Below the pieces are notes generated by a model, which saw only the letters and a program-made list of their open reading frames with translations, was not told where the DNA came from and searched no databases. This document shows positions 47,302 to 64,000 of a stretch of DNA of 64,000 nt, in pieces. The translations under genes were made by a program, and so were the position numbers. Source of the DNA: the human T2T-CHM13v2.0 reference genome, Homo sapiens; NCBI RefSeq assembly GCF_009914755.1, contig NC_060943.1. One strand, 5' to 3'. The stretch's first letter is position 1; each line of letters opens with the position of its first letter.

Positions 47302-47360
47302 CCACACAGCACGCCCGGCAGCCTTTGGTGTCCTGGATCTTGGTGGAAACCATGTTCTTC
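47302..47360 (-). CDS. MAP4K1: MAP4K1 exon 24 (59 nt): KNMVSTKIQDTKGCRACCV
   Basis: ctccag|G, G|gtgaga; DTKGC motif. Confidence 0.96.
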
Positions 47361-47461
47361 CTGGAGAATAGGTAGGTGTGAAGGGGGGTAGGACAGCAGG
47401 AGGCAGAGGGGCATGGGAGGAATTATAAGGCTGTGTGGTGCCATTCATTGGGAGCTGGTAC

Positions 47462-47570
47462 CTTGCCAGTAGGCGGTGGGGGCTAATGTGAGCGATGGGG
47501 TTTCCTGCTCTGGTCTCTTTCCGTTCCAGCAGGCCAAGGATGCTATGAGAATACAGGTGGGGGGTCTTTC
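47462..47570 (-). CDS. MAP4K1: MAP4K1 exon 23 (109 nt): KTPHLYSHSILGLL...HRLLA(R)
   Basis: tgcag|GA, AG|gtacca. Confidence 0.95.
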
Positions 47571-47955
47571 CTGCAGGGTGTGTGTATGTAGGGGGAAGCA
47601 GGAAGTTATAGGATCCCATATACCACTTCCTTTCCTCCATCCCTTCCCTCAGCCCCATCCCTTTGTCTGAAACTCCCAAGCCTGCAAGTCTCAAGTACTT
47701 GTCATTCATTCATTCATTTCTCACTCCACATAGATTGAACGTCCATTGTAGGCCAGGCCTGCTGTGCTTGGCTCTGGTGAACAGTGATGAGCATAAAAAA
47801 TATGTTCCCTACCCTCGTGGTATTTGTAGCCGTATCAGAAACTCTGGACACATAACCAGTCAGATGAAGTTACACATCTTACAAAGTTTTAGAAGAAACA
47901 CATCTAGAAAATCTTCTAGTTTGTCATCACAGATGTGGCTTTCACTAACTCATGA

Positions 47956-48322
<367 letters not shown>

Positions 48323-48726
48323 TAGACAGGGTCTCATTCTGTCTTCCAGGCTGGAGTGCAGTGGTGTGATCATGACTCACTGCAGCCTCTAACTTCTGGG
48401 CTCAAGTGATCCTCCCACCTCAGCCTCCCGAGTAGCTGGAACCATAGGTGTGTGCCACCACACCCAGCTAATTTTTTTTTAATTTTTAGTAGAGACGAGG
48501 TCTCACTATGTTGCCCAGGCTGATCTAGAACTCCTGGGCTCAAGCAGTACTACTGCCTTGGCCTCTCAAAGTGCTGGGATCACAGGCATGAGCCACTGCA
48601 CCCCGTCCAGATTTTGAAATCTATAACTTGCTCACTCTATCTTAGTAAAGTATGGAATAAGTTCTGATTGTCATCTGAACATGAAAGCTATTTAAAGACT
48701 AACTTAGGGCTGGGCACGGTGGCTTA

Positions 48727-48981
<255 letters not shown>

Positions 48982-49354
48982 CTATCTCAAAAAAAAAAAA
49001 AAAAAAAAAAAGGACTAATTTAGGCCAGGTGCGGTGGCCCACACCTGTAATCCCAGCACTTTGGGAGGCCAAGGCGGGTGGATCACCTGAGGTCAGGAGT
49101 TTGCGACCAGCCTGGCCAACATGGTAAAACCCCATCTCTACTAAAAATAAAAAATAAAAAAAGTAAAAAAAAAAAAAGCCAGTCATGATGGCTCACATCT
49201 GTAATACCAGCTACTCGGGAGGCTGAGGCACGAGAATTGCTTGAACCCAGGAAGTAGAGGTTGCAGTTAGCCAAGATCACGCCCCTGCACTCCAGCCTGG
49301 GCAACTGAGTGAGACTCGGTCTCAAAAAAAAAAAAAAAAAAAAAGGCTAATCTA

Positions 49355-49635
<281 letters not shown>

Positions 49636-49900
49636 TCAAAAAAAGAAAAAAAAAGACTAATTTATTGTAGAAACTACCTCAAAATTGACTTGAGAGGTGA
49701 GGACTATTGTGAACCCCATTTTACAAATGGAGAAATTGAGGCTTGGGGAGCACAGTCAAAAAGTGTCTGGGATTTGAACCTAGGACTTTGTGACCAAGCA
49801 GTCTAAGTTTTTTTTCAGCTGTGCCCGTCTACTTCCCAGCCCCCGAACCCTTGGACCCCTTAACTTCCGACCCCATCCCACCTGCTACCCACAGCCAGAC

Positions 49901-49961
49901 CTGAGAGAGACATGAGAACGTTGTTGATGGAGTACACCCACGTAGTCCGGCTAGGAAAGAG
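49901..49961 (-). CDS. MAP4K1: MAP4K1 exon 22 (61 nt): LFPSRTTWVYSINNVLMSLS
   Basis: tgcag|CTC, G|gtctgg. Confidence 0.95.
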
Positions 49962-50052
49962 CTGCAGGGAATGGGAGAGATGGCTCTGGTGACACCCCAG
50001 CAACCCCCGACTCCGGCCCTTGCCCTTGCCCTGGCCCGGTATGGTTCCTCAC

Positions 50053-50129
50053 CATTTCCAGCGTGGCCTCCTGGTCATTCCGGTTCAGGATGAAGATGCC
50101 TTCCTCTGCCCCCAGGAGCAGGTGCTGGT
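50053..50129 (-). CDS. MAP4K1: MAP4K1 exon 21 (77 nt): QHLLLGAEEGIFILNRNDQEATLEM
   Basis: tccag|AC, ATG|gtgagg; CNH GAEEGI motif. Confidence 0.96.
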
Positions 50130-50730
50130 CTGGAGGCACAGACAAGGACGCTGGGACCGACTTCATCCTCAGGGACCTCCCAGATCCCCACCTGTCTGAC
50201 CTCAAACACTGACACTCTGTCCCCAGCTCTGACCCTCTATTCTTTCTCCAAACCAATACTCCCAGCCTCTGTTTCCCCAAACAAAGCCAGAGCGGACGGT
50301 CCCGCAAGCCAGTCTCACTCTCCCTCCTTTTGACTACCCATATTCTGGTGGTTCTTTCTTCTCTGCCCAACTGTCTTCTGAACCAAACTGACCCCAACCT
50401 TAGACCTGTCCCCCAAAATAGTCCTCTGATTTCCTCCCCTCTTTCTCCCCAGTTCTGATACCCTAATGCCAATCCTAACATTGACCTTCAAACTCAGACA
50501 CCCCCAAACAGGACTTTTTCTGTCCAGTGTGACCTGTTCCTTTAACACTGACCTTGTCTTCATCTCTTTGATCTCTAGATTCTGTCCCTTTCTGGCTGCA
50601 TCCTAATCTCTAAAATTCCTCACCCCAAAATGCTGCTCCCAGTCTCCCTATCATTAACCTCCAGCTGTCCATCTTTCTCGTGCTCCAAACTCTAACCTTT
50701 TTGTTATATTCTGACACTCCTGGCCCCTGA

Positions 50731-51240
<510 letters not shown>

Positions 51241-51416
51241 TGATCACCAAATCCTGAGTGTAAGGACAAGCTCCGCCCCTGTTTCAGCCTGGCCACACCC
51301 CAACTCCATTAAGCTCCTCCCCGTCCCTGCCTTTGTGCCTTCCTTAGGCTTCTCCCCACCCCTACTTTTGCTCTCCCATTCCCTACAGGATCTCCTTGAC
51401 CCTCCAGAATGCCCAC

Positions 51417-51501
51417 CCTTGGTGGAGGGATGTGTCCAGGCGGCCGTGCTGTGGATCCGGAGGGGGCAGCCATTGAACAACTTTACGAGAAGGGCACATC
51501 C
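51417..51501 (-). CDS. MAP4K1: MAP4K1 exon 20 (85 nt): GCALLVKLFNGCPLRIHSTAAWTHPSTK (start of CNH domain)
   Basis: cccag|GGA, G|gtgggc. Confidence 0.96.
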
Positions 51502-51619
51502 CTGGGCAGGTCGCCGCGGGGCCAGGCAGCAGATCCGGCAAAGAGAGCAGGGAACAGGAAGGGGCAGTGGTTACGACTTTGGAGCGAGAGTGCCAAGGTT
51601 CAAATCCTGCCTCTTACCT

Positions 51620-54384
<2,765 letters not shown>

Positions 54385-54578
54385 CTAACTTCTGGACTCA
54401 AGCAATCCTCCCACCTCAGCTTCCCAAGTAGCTGGGACCATAGGTGTGTGCCACCACGCCCAGCTAATTTTTTAAATTTTTAGTAGCTGGGCGCGGTGGC
54501 TCATGACTGTAATCCCAGCACTTTGGGAGGCCGAGGCGGGCAGATCACAAGGTCAGGAGATCGAGACCATCCTGGCTA

Positions 54579-54869
<291 letters not shown>

Positions 54870-55384
54870 CTAACCAACATGGTGAAACCCCACCTCTACT
54901 AAAAATACAAAATTAGCCGGGCATGGTGCTGCATTGCCTGTAATCTCAGCTACTCCGGAGGCTGAGGCAGGAGAATCACTTGAACTAGGGAGGCGGAGGT
55001 TGTAGTGAGCTAAGATCGCGCCACTGTACTCTAGCCTGGGCAACAAGCAAAACTCCGTCTTTAAAAAAAAAAAAAAAAAAGCAGAAACAACAATCCTGCC
55101 TCAGCCTGCCTCCTCAAAGGTATTTATATGACCTTGGGTAAGCCACTTACCCTCTCTGTGCTTCAATTTCCCCATTTGTGAAATGGGGGATAACATCTCT
55201 GTGATATCTTCTTCACTCTGTGAAGCTTTATGCCATGTAATGATAGGAGATAAGTGTAGGGCACAGAGAAGCGCTCAACAAATGTCACCTGTTGTTACTG
55301 TCAGTCCTGCCACCCCCTCCCCACCCCACCAGGCATCCCCAGCCCCGTCCAGAGGTGTAAGTCCTCAGCAGAGCTGAACCTCAC

Positions 55385-55467
55385 CTTTCTCTTCATCTTT
55401 TCCTTCTTGGGGGGCAGAAGTGGGGGCTTGTCAAGCTCCCGGGAGGGTGGGTTCCAGAGTGAGGGTT
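55385..55467 (-). CDS. MAP4K1: MAP4K1 exon 19 (83 nt): PSLWNPPSRELDKPPLLPPKKEKMKRK (proline-rich SH3 ligand)
   Basis: ctcag|AA, AAG|gtgagg. Confidence 0.96.
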
Positions 55468-55543
55468 CTGAGAGGGGTTAGGAGAAAATCAGCCCCCAAG
55501 AACCCCCAACCCTCCCGCCCTCCACCCTAGCCTGTCCCATTAC

Positions 55544-55706
55544 CTGAATGGGCGGTGAGGTGGGGGCTGCTGGTGGATGGGGGAGGCCCAGGACGGGGGC
55601 TGTTTGGTGGGGGCCCACTGGCACACCGGACCAGCACCCCCGGGCTCAGCTGCCCATCATCCCCCATGCTCCCAGGACCCTCGTCTGATGGAGAACGGAA
55701 CTTGGG
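55544..55706 (-). CDS. MAP4K1: MAP4K1 exon 18 (163 nt): PKFRSPSDEG...PPPNSPRPGPPPSTSSPHLTAHS
   Basis: ccaaag|CCC, G|gtaatg. Confidence 0.94.
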
Positions 55707-56148
55707 CTTTGGAGACGGGAATGGAGCGTGGGGAAATACATCAGATGATCTCAGAGAGGGCACCCTTTTGCAACTCAAGTCCCTGCCTCCACCAGAACTA
55801 ACAGCTGTGGCTCTGACCCACCCCCCCGACAACATCTTGTGCCCCCTCCAGCCTTCCCCTGACATCCCCAGCCTGGACATCAACACACTTCAGAAACTAA
55901 TGGGTTAATGCTGGATATATAGCAGGGGCTTCCTAGGACCAGCTACTGACCAGTGTCTAAGAGGCTAAATATTTTGAATCCGACCCTGAGGTTGAGGGAT
56001 GCCACTTCCAGATCCCAATGTAGCCATCATCCTGGTCTCCCCAATTCCCTGCCCTGGAGAGCCCAGTATCCCAGCATCTAAGGACCTGGCCTCCTGGCCC
56101 CCAGTGGCCCTGAGGCCCCAGCCTCCCAGCTCTGGCCCAGGGCCTTAC

Positions 56149-56191
56149 CTTGGGGGGAAGTGGAGGAGGTGTGTCCTCTGCAGGGGTGGGG
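56149..56191 (-). CDS. MAP4K1: MAP4K1 exon 17 (43 nt): PTPAEDTPPPLPPK
   Basis: ttcag|C, AAG|gtaagg; PPPLPPK SH3 ligand. Confidence 0.96.
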
Positions 56192-57839
56192 CTGAAACAC
56201 AAAGATGGGTTAAATAGCTGGGGGGCTGGGGAACAAGGACTCGGGGAAGATGGCATGGTTCTGGGCTGGAGGCCCGGGACTGGGGTCTGAGGTGAGGAGG
56301 ATTAAGGGATGACTGGTTCTGCCTGGAGCAGAGGATTAAAGGATTAATAGCCAGGCTGGACATAGTGGCTCATGCCTGTAATCGCAGTGCTTTGGGAGGC
56401 CAGGGCAGGATGGCTTGAGCCCAGGAATTCGAGACTAGCCTGGGCAGCATAGCAAGACCTTGTCTCCAGAAAAAAATTAAAAATTAGCCAGGCGTGGCAG
56501 GTGCGCCTGTGACCGCAGCTACTCAGGAGGCTGAGGTGGGAGGATTGCTTGAGCCTGGGAGGTTGAGGCTGCAGTAAGCCATCATTGCACTCCTGCACTT
56601 AGCCTTGGTGCCAAAACAAATCATGAGTTTGAGACCAGCCTGGACAACATGGCAAGACCCCATCCTACAAAAAAATGATTAGCCTGTTTCCAAAAAAAAG
56701 ACTAATAACAGTAACAGCAACTCTTGGAGGTGGAGTGCTGACAGTGCACCACGGCTTTGCACCTTTACACCACCTAGTAACACAGGTGACATCAGCGCCG
56801 TGGCCCTGCTCTCCCTGTGCTGGCGCCACACACAGGCTGTCGCACGTGATGGGTGAAGTGAGTGCGCGCACCTGGATGGAGCCTGACTCGGCCTGTGGGC
56901 TGGGGAGTATGGGGGCCTGGGCTGACTGTTGGGTCTGGATCTGGGGCTCAGTATCTGGTCTTTGGGAGATTTCCAGGTGCCAAGGTTCAGCCTGAGGGCG
57001 GGCAAAAAGATAGGAAAAGCTGAGGGCTGGGGCTGAAGGCTGGAGGGTGGGTCTGGGGTGAGAGTGACATTCGGGAGGAGTTTGAGACTGGGATGTGGCT
57101 GAGGGTGCAGGGTCATGGAGGATAGGTGGGGTCAAGTCAGAGATTGGAGCAGCAGCACATTCTAGAAGGAACTGGGGTCAGCTCTGGGGTGGAGAGCAGG
57201 TGGGGGGCTGACGCTGAGGGTCAAGTCAAAAGATTGTATAAGAAGATGGAAGGAGGCCAAGTGCAGTGGCTCACACCTGTAATCGCAGCACTTTGGGAGG
57301 CTGAGATGGGCGGATCATGAGGTCAGGAGTTTGAAACCAGCCTGGCCAACATGGTGAAACCCCATCTCTACTAAAAATACAAAAAATTAGCTGGGCATGG
57401 TGGCAGGTGCCTGTAATCCCAGCTACTCAGGAGGCTGAGACAGGAGAATCGCTTGAACCCGGGGAGCCGAGGTTGTAGTGAGCTGAGACTACGTCACTGC
57501 ACTCCAGCCTGGGCCACAGAGTGAGACTCCATCTCAAAAAAAAAAAAAAAAAAAAAGAAGAAGGTGGAAGGAAAGAAGGAAAGTGGGAGCTGGAGCTGGG
57601 ATCAGGTTGGGGGTCAGGGGTTGGAGGTGAAGGGTTAAGGGAGGTGGGGTTAGGGAACAGGGCCTAGGTAGCTGGGCAGAGGGGCTGCATTGAGGGTCTA
57701 ATCAGGGCTCAGGGCTCGGGGCTAGAAGAAAGGCAGGGGTGCAGCGGGGTCAGGAGTGGAGGAAAGGCCACATCAGGGGATTGTAGGAAGGTGGGGGCTG
57801 AGGTGGGGCCTGTGGAGCTGCAGGCAGGGCCTCACTTAC

Positions 57840-57887
57840 ATGTCCACGTCGTCATAGTCATCGTCAGACGACTCTGACAGTTGCTTC
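57840..57887 (-). CDS. MAP4K1: MAP4K1 exon 16 (48 nt): KQLSESSDDDYDDVD (YDDV SH2-docking tyrosine, DDVD caspase site)
   Basis: ttcag|G, AT|gtaagt. Confidence 0.96.
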
Positions 57888-57965
57888 CTGAAGGGTGACA
57901 GGTATGAGCCTTGGGGGCCTTGTCCACATTCCAGCCCCCTCCCCATCCTCCCTGGGGTCCCTGAC

Positions 57966-58009
57966 CTGGGGCTGCTGCTCCTGAGGTCTCGAGGAGGCTG
58001 TAGGCGAGC
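57966..58009 (-). CDS. MAP4K1: MAP4K1 exon 15 (44 nt): ARLQPPRDLRSSSP(R)
   Basis: cacag|GCT, AG|gtcagg. Confidence 0.94.
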
Positions 58010-58087
58010 CTGTGGGGTAGGAAAAGGGTCAGCAGTGGCCTCAGGGAAGCAGGCGGTGTGGTGGGGAGTGGGGGGACAGCATCTCAC

Positions 58088-58146
58088 GGTGTTGGCTGGG
58101 GGTCTGGTCTCCATTCCTCGGAGCTTCCTGAACTCCATGTGCCGCC
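58088..58146 (-). CDS. MAP4K1: MAP4K1 exon 14 (59 nt): RHMEFRKLRGMETRPPANT
   Basis: cctag|GG, ACC|gtgaga. Confidence 0.94.
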
Positions 58147-58585
58147 CTAGGGTGGGTGGGGGAAGATAACCTGCTGTGAGCTGGGGGCAAGGGGTAACGA
58201 GATGGGTTTAAGAACAGAAAGAGTAGAATTGGCGGGGGGGTTGCAGTCAGGATCTTGGGGACTGCAAATGATCTCAGGGAACTGTCCCTTGGGGAAAGGG
58301 GTCTTGGATTACAGGGACTTCATTTGGGGGTCAAGTTTGGGATCAAGACCAGGTGCAGTGGCTCACGCCTATAATCCCAGTACTTTGGAAGGCTGAGGTG
58401 GGCAGATCGCTGGAACCCAGAGTTTGAGACCTGCCTGGACAACTGGGCAAGAACCCATCCCTACAAAAAATGATTAAAAATTAGCCAAGTGACTGGGCAC
58501 AGTGGCTCACGCCTGTAATCCCAGCACTTTGGGAGGTGAGGCAGGCAGATCACCTGAGGTCAGGAGTTCATGATCAGCCTGGTCA

Positions 58586-58843
<258 letters not shown>

Positions 58844-59013
58844 CTACTCAGGAGGCTGAGGTGGGAGGATTCCTTGAGCCCAAGAAGTTTGAGGCTTAAG
58901 TGAGCTGTGATCACACCACTGCACTCCAGCCTGGGTGACACAGCAAGATCCTGTCACAAAAAAATAAACAAATAAATAAGTTTTGGGATCAGGAAGTTGG
59001 GGGCTCAATGTAG

Positions 59014-59463
<450 letters not shown>

Positions 59464-59572
59464 TAGGATCAGATGATGCTGAGGGTCTCTGGAGGCCTGA
59501 TGGTAGGGGAAGGTGGTCTCTTAGGTCTATTATAGGGTCAGGTGTCCCCAAACATAAGGATTCTCTACTCAC

Positions 59573-59651
59573 GACAGCAGTCTGCATCTGGGATCCCCAG
59601 AGAGCTGGAGCGGTGGGTGGATCTGATCCGCCGAGGGATAGCAGGGGGTAG
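59573..59651 (-). CDS. MAP4K1: MAP4K1 exon 13 (79 nt): LPPAIPRRIRSTHRSSSLGIPDADCC
   Basis: cccag|CTA, C|gtgagt. Confidence 0.95.
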
Positions 59652-59885
59652 CTGGGCAGAGGGGCAGCCACGTCAGGGCTCAAGACCCCCAAGCAGCCTC
59701 CTACCCTGCCCGGGGTCCATCTGCTCTCTCCTGTAACCCTCTGGGCACACAGCCTTTTACCAAGCTCCCCATCCTCCCTCCCTGTTTTCCCCCTAAGAGA
59801 GGCAGCAGGAAGGCACTGCTGGCAGCAGGCACAGCCTGAGAAAGACCGAGAGGTCCCCAGTGCTCTTGTCAGCCAAGGCTCTCAC

Positions 59886-60441
<556 letters not shown>

Positions 60442-60998
60442 TAGCCTCCGCCTCCTGGGTTTAAGCAATTCTCCAACCTCAGCCTCCCAAGTAGCTGGGA
60501 TTACAGGCGTGCGCCACTATGCTCAGCTAATTTTTGTATTTTTAGTAGAGACGGGGTTTCACCATGTTGGCCAGGCTGGTCTCAAACTCCTGACCTCAAG
60601 TGATCCATCTACCTCAGCCTCCCAAAGTGCTGGGATTACAGGTGTGAGCCACCATGCCCAGCCGACCGGTGGGAGTCTAAGACATTTTTAGGAATTAGAA
60701 GAATTTAGGTTTCTCAGAGCGGGGCTAGGAGAATTCCAGAGTTGTCTTGGAAGAGACTGTGGTTCCCTGGGGATTCAAGAGGACACTCAGGACAAGTCTT
60801 GAGTCCTTTGGGAATTTGTCAGTTCCGGCAACTCGGGGTATTTGGGAAAGGTCTGGGGTATAACCCGGAGGGTCTCTGGTGGTCGGGGGTGGTCCTGGGA
60901 AATTCTGAGGCACTAGGGACTTTGGAAAGGCCACGGGGACTCCATGGAACAAAGTTATCCATGTCCTCGGGAGTTGTGGAAGGCCCCAGGGAATCCTA

Positions 60999-61408
<410 letters not shown>

Positions 61409-61775
61409 TCAGGTTTTACAGTGCACCAGGGTGCCTCTCCTAAGGGAAGCCATTTATGAAGTGATAGAGCTATGGCAAGGCCAGGTGTGGTGGTTCACGC
61501 CCGTAATCCCAACACTTTGGGAGGCCAAGGCGGGAGGATAGCTTGAGCCCAGGAGTTGGAGACCAGCTGGGGCAACATAGTGAGACAAAAAAAAAATTTT
61601 TTTTTTAAATAGCTGGGTGTGGCAATATGGGTCTGTAGGACCAGCTATGTGAGAGGCTAAGGCAGGAGGATCATTTGAGCCCCGGCATTCAAGGCTGAAG
61701 TGAACTACGATCGTGCCGCTGCACTCCAGCCTGGGTGACAGAGCCAGATCCTGTCTCTAAAAATAATAAGAATTA

Positions 61776-62199
<424 letters not shown>

Positions 62200-62587
62200 C
62201 TACCCTGGCCAACATGTTGAAACCCCGTCTCTACTAAAAATACAAAAATTAGCCGGGCGTGGTGGTGCACACCTGCAGCCTCAGCTACTCGGGAGGCTGA
62301 GGCAGGAAAATAGCTTGAACCCAGGAGATGGAGGTTGCAGTGAGCCAAGATTGTGCCACTGCACTCCAGCCTGGGCAACAGAGCAAGACTCTGTCTTAAA
62401 AAATAAAAAATAAAATAAAATAAAATATTAAATTAAATTTAAAAAATAGAGCTGCAGCACGTGCAAAGGTAGGCTCAAGTGGTGATCCCTGAATTGGAGG
62501 TTCCTGGGATGGAAGGCGGAAGCTGAGGGTGGGCTTTGGGCCAGGGCTAGACAGGATCTCTGGGCCTGGGGACCCCACGCCTGCCTA

Positions 62588-62824
<237 letters not shown>

Positions 62825-63175
62825 TCAGATGGAGAGACAGAGGGACAGGAGTAAAGACAGACACAGGCAGATGAAGACAGAGATGCAGACGGGGCGCGAT
62901 GGCTCACGCCTGTAATCCCAGCACTTTGGGAGGCTGAGCAAGGAGAATGGCTTAGGCCCAGGAGTTTGAGACCAGCCTGGGCAACTTATCAAGACCCTAT
63001 CTCGGCTGGGCACGGTGGCTTTTGCCTGTAATTCCAGCACTTTGGGAGGTCAAGGCGGACAGATCACCTGAGGTGAGGAGTTCGAGACCAGCCTGACCAA
63101 CATGGTGAAAGCCCGTCTCTACTAAAAGTACAAAAATTAGCCGGGCGTGGTGGCAGGCGTCTGTAATCCCAGCTA

Positions 63176-63501
<326 letters not shown>

Positions 63502-63856
63502 CTAAAAACAAAACAAAATGAAAAGACAGAGAGGCAGAGACAGAGAGTGAGAGAGACAGAAACAAAGAGACAGAGAGCACTGCAAACTGAGCTAGAGGAA
63601 AAAGACAGAAATGGATATGGAGGGACAGAGAAATCAAGATAAAAATCAACACAAACACCGAGAGCAATGGCCAGAAAAGGGCACAAAGAGAGAGGAAAAT
63701 GGAAAACTCAAGCGACACCCAGAGAGAATGAAAGAATCTTCCAAGGAGAAAGGACGAGGCAGGGGAACGGAGCCAGGAAAGAGGATCCCGGGGAACCAGG
63801 GTAGGAAAAACCACTGACCCCCACTCCACCCCTAGCTGCCCGCTGGGCGCCACTCA

Positions 63857-64000
<144 letters not shown>

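Overview
Human genomic DNA (chr19q13.2 by gene content) holding the 3' ends of two convergent genes. On the + strand are the last 17 exons of RYR1 (skeletal-muscle ryanodine receptor, exons 90-106). These give 2835 coding nt, i.e. 944 aa plus stop, covering the EF-hand region, divergent region 1, transmembrane helices, the GGGIGD pore filter and the C-terminal Zn-finger. On the - strand are exons 8-32 of MAP4K1/HPK1, running from the DFG motif through the proline-rich linker and CNH domain. All exons were placed by GT-AG boundaries and their phases join into open frames; exon numbers come from recalled RefSeq structures. The two poly(A) signals are only about 115 bp apart. Introns are very rich in Alus, with L1, L2, MIR and DNA-transposon relics, two related C-rich minisatellites and a 1.1-kb alternating purine-pyrimidine repeat. 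I found no new gene system. The most notable element is a 98-nt coding exon made from an internally deleted Alu that frameshifts the MAP4K1 terminal exon and swaps the C-terminus. Nearly all ORFs in the supplied track are Alu or simple-repeat artefacts.
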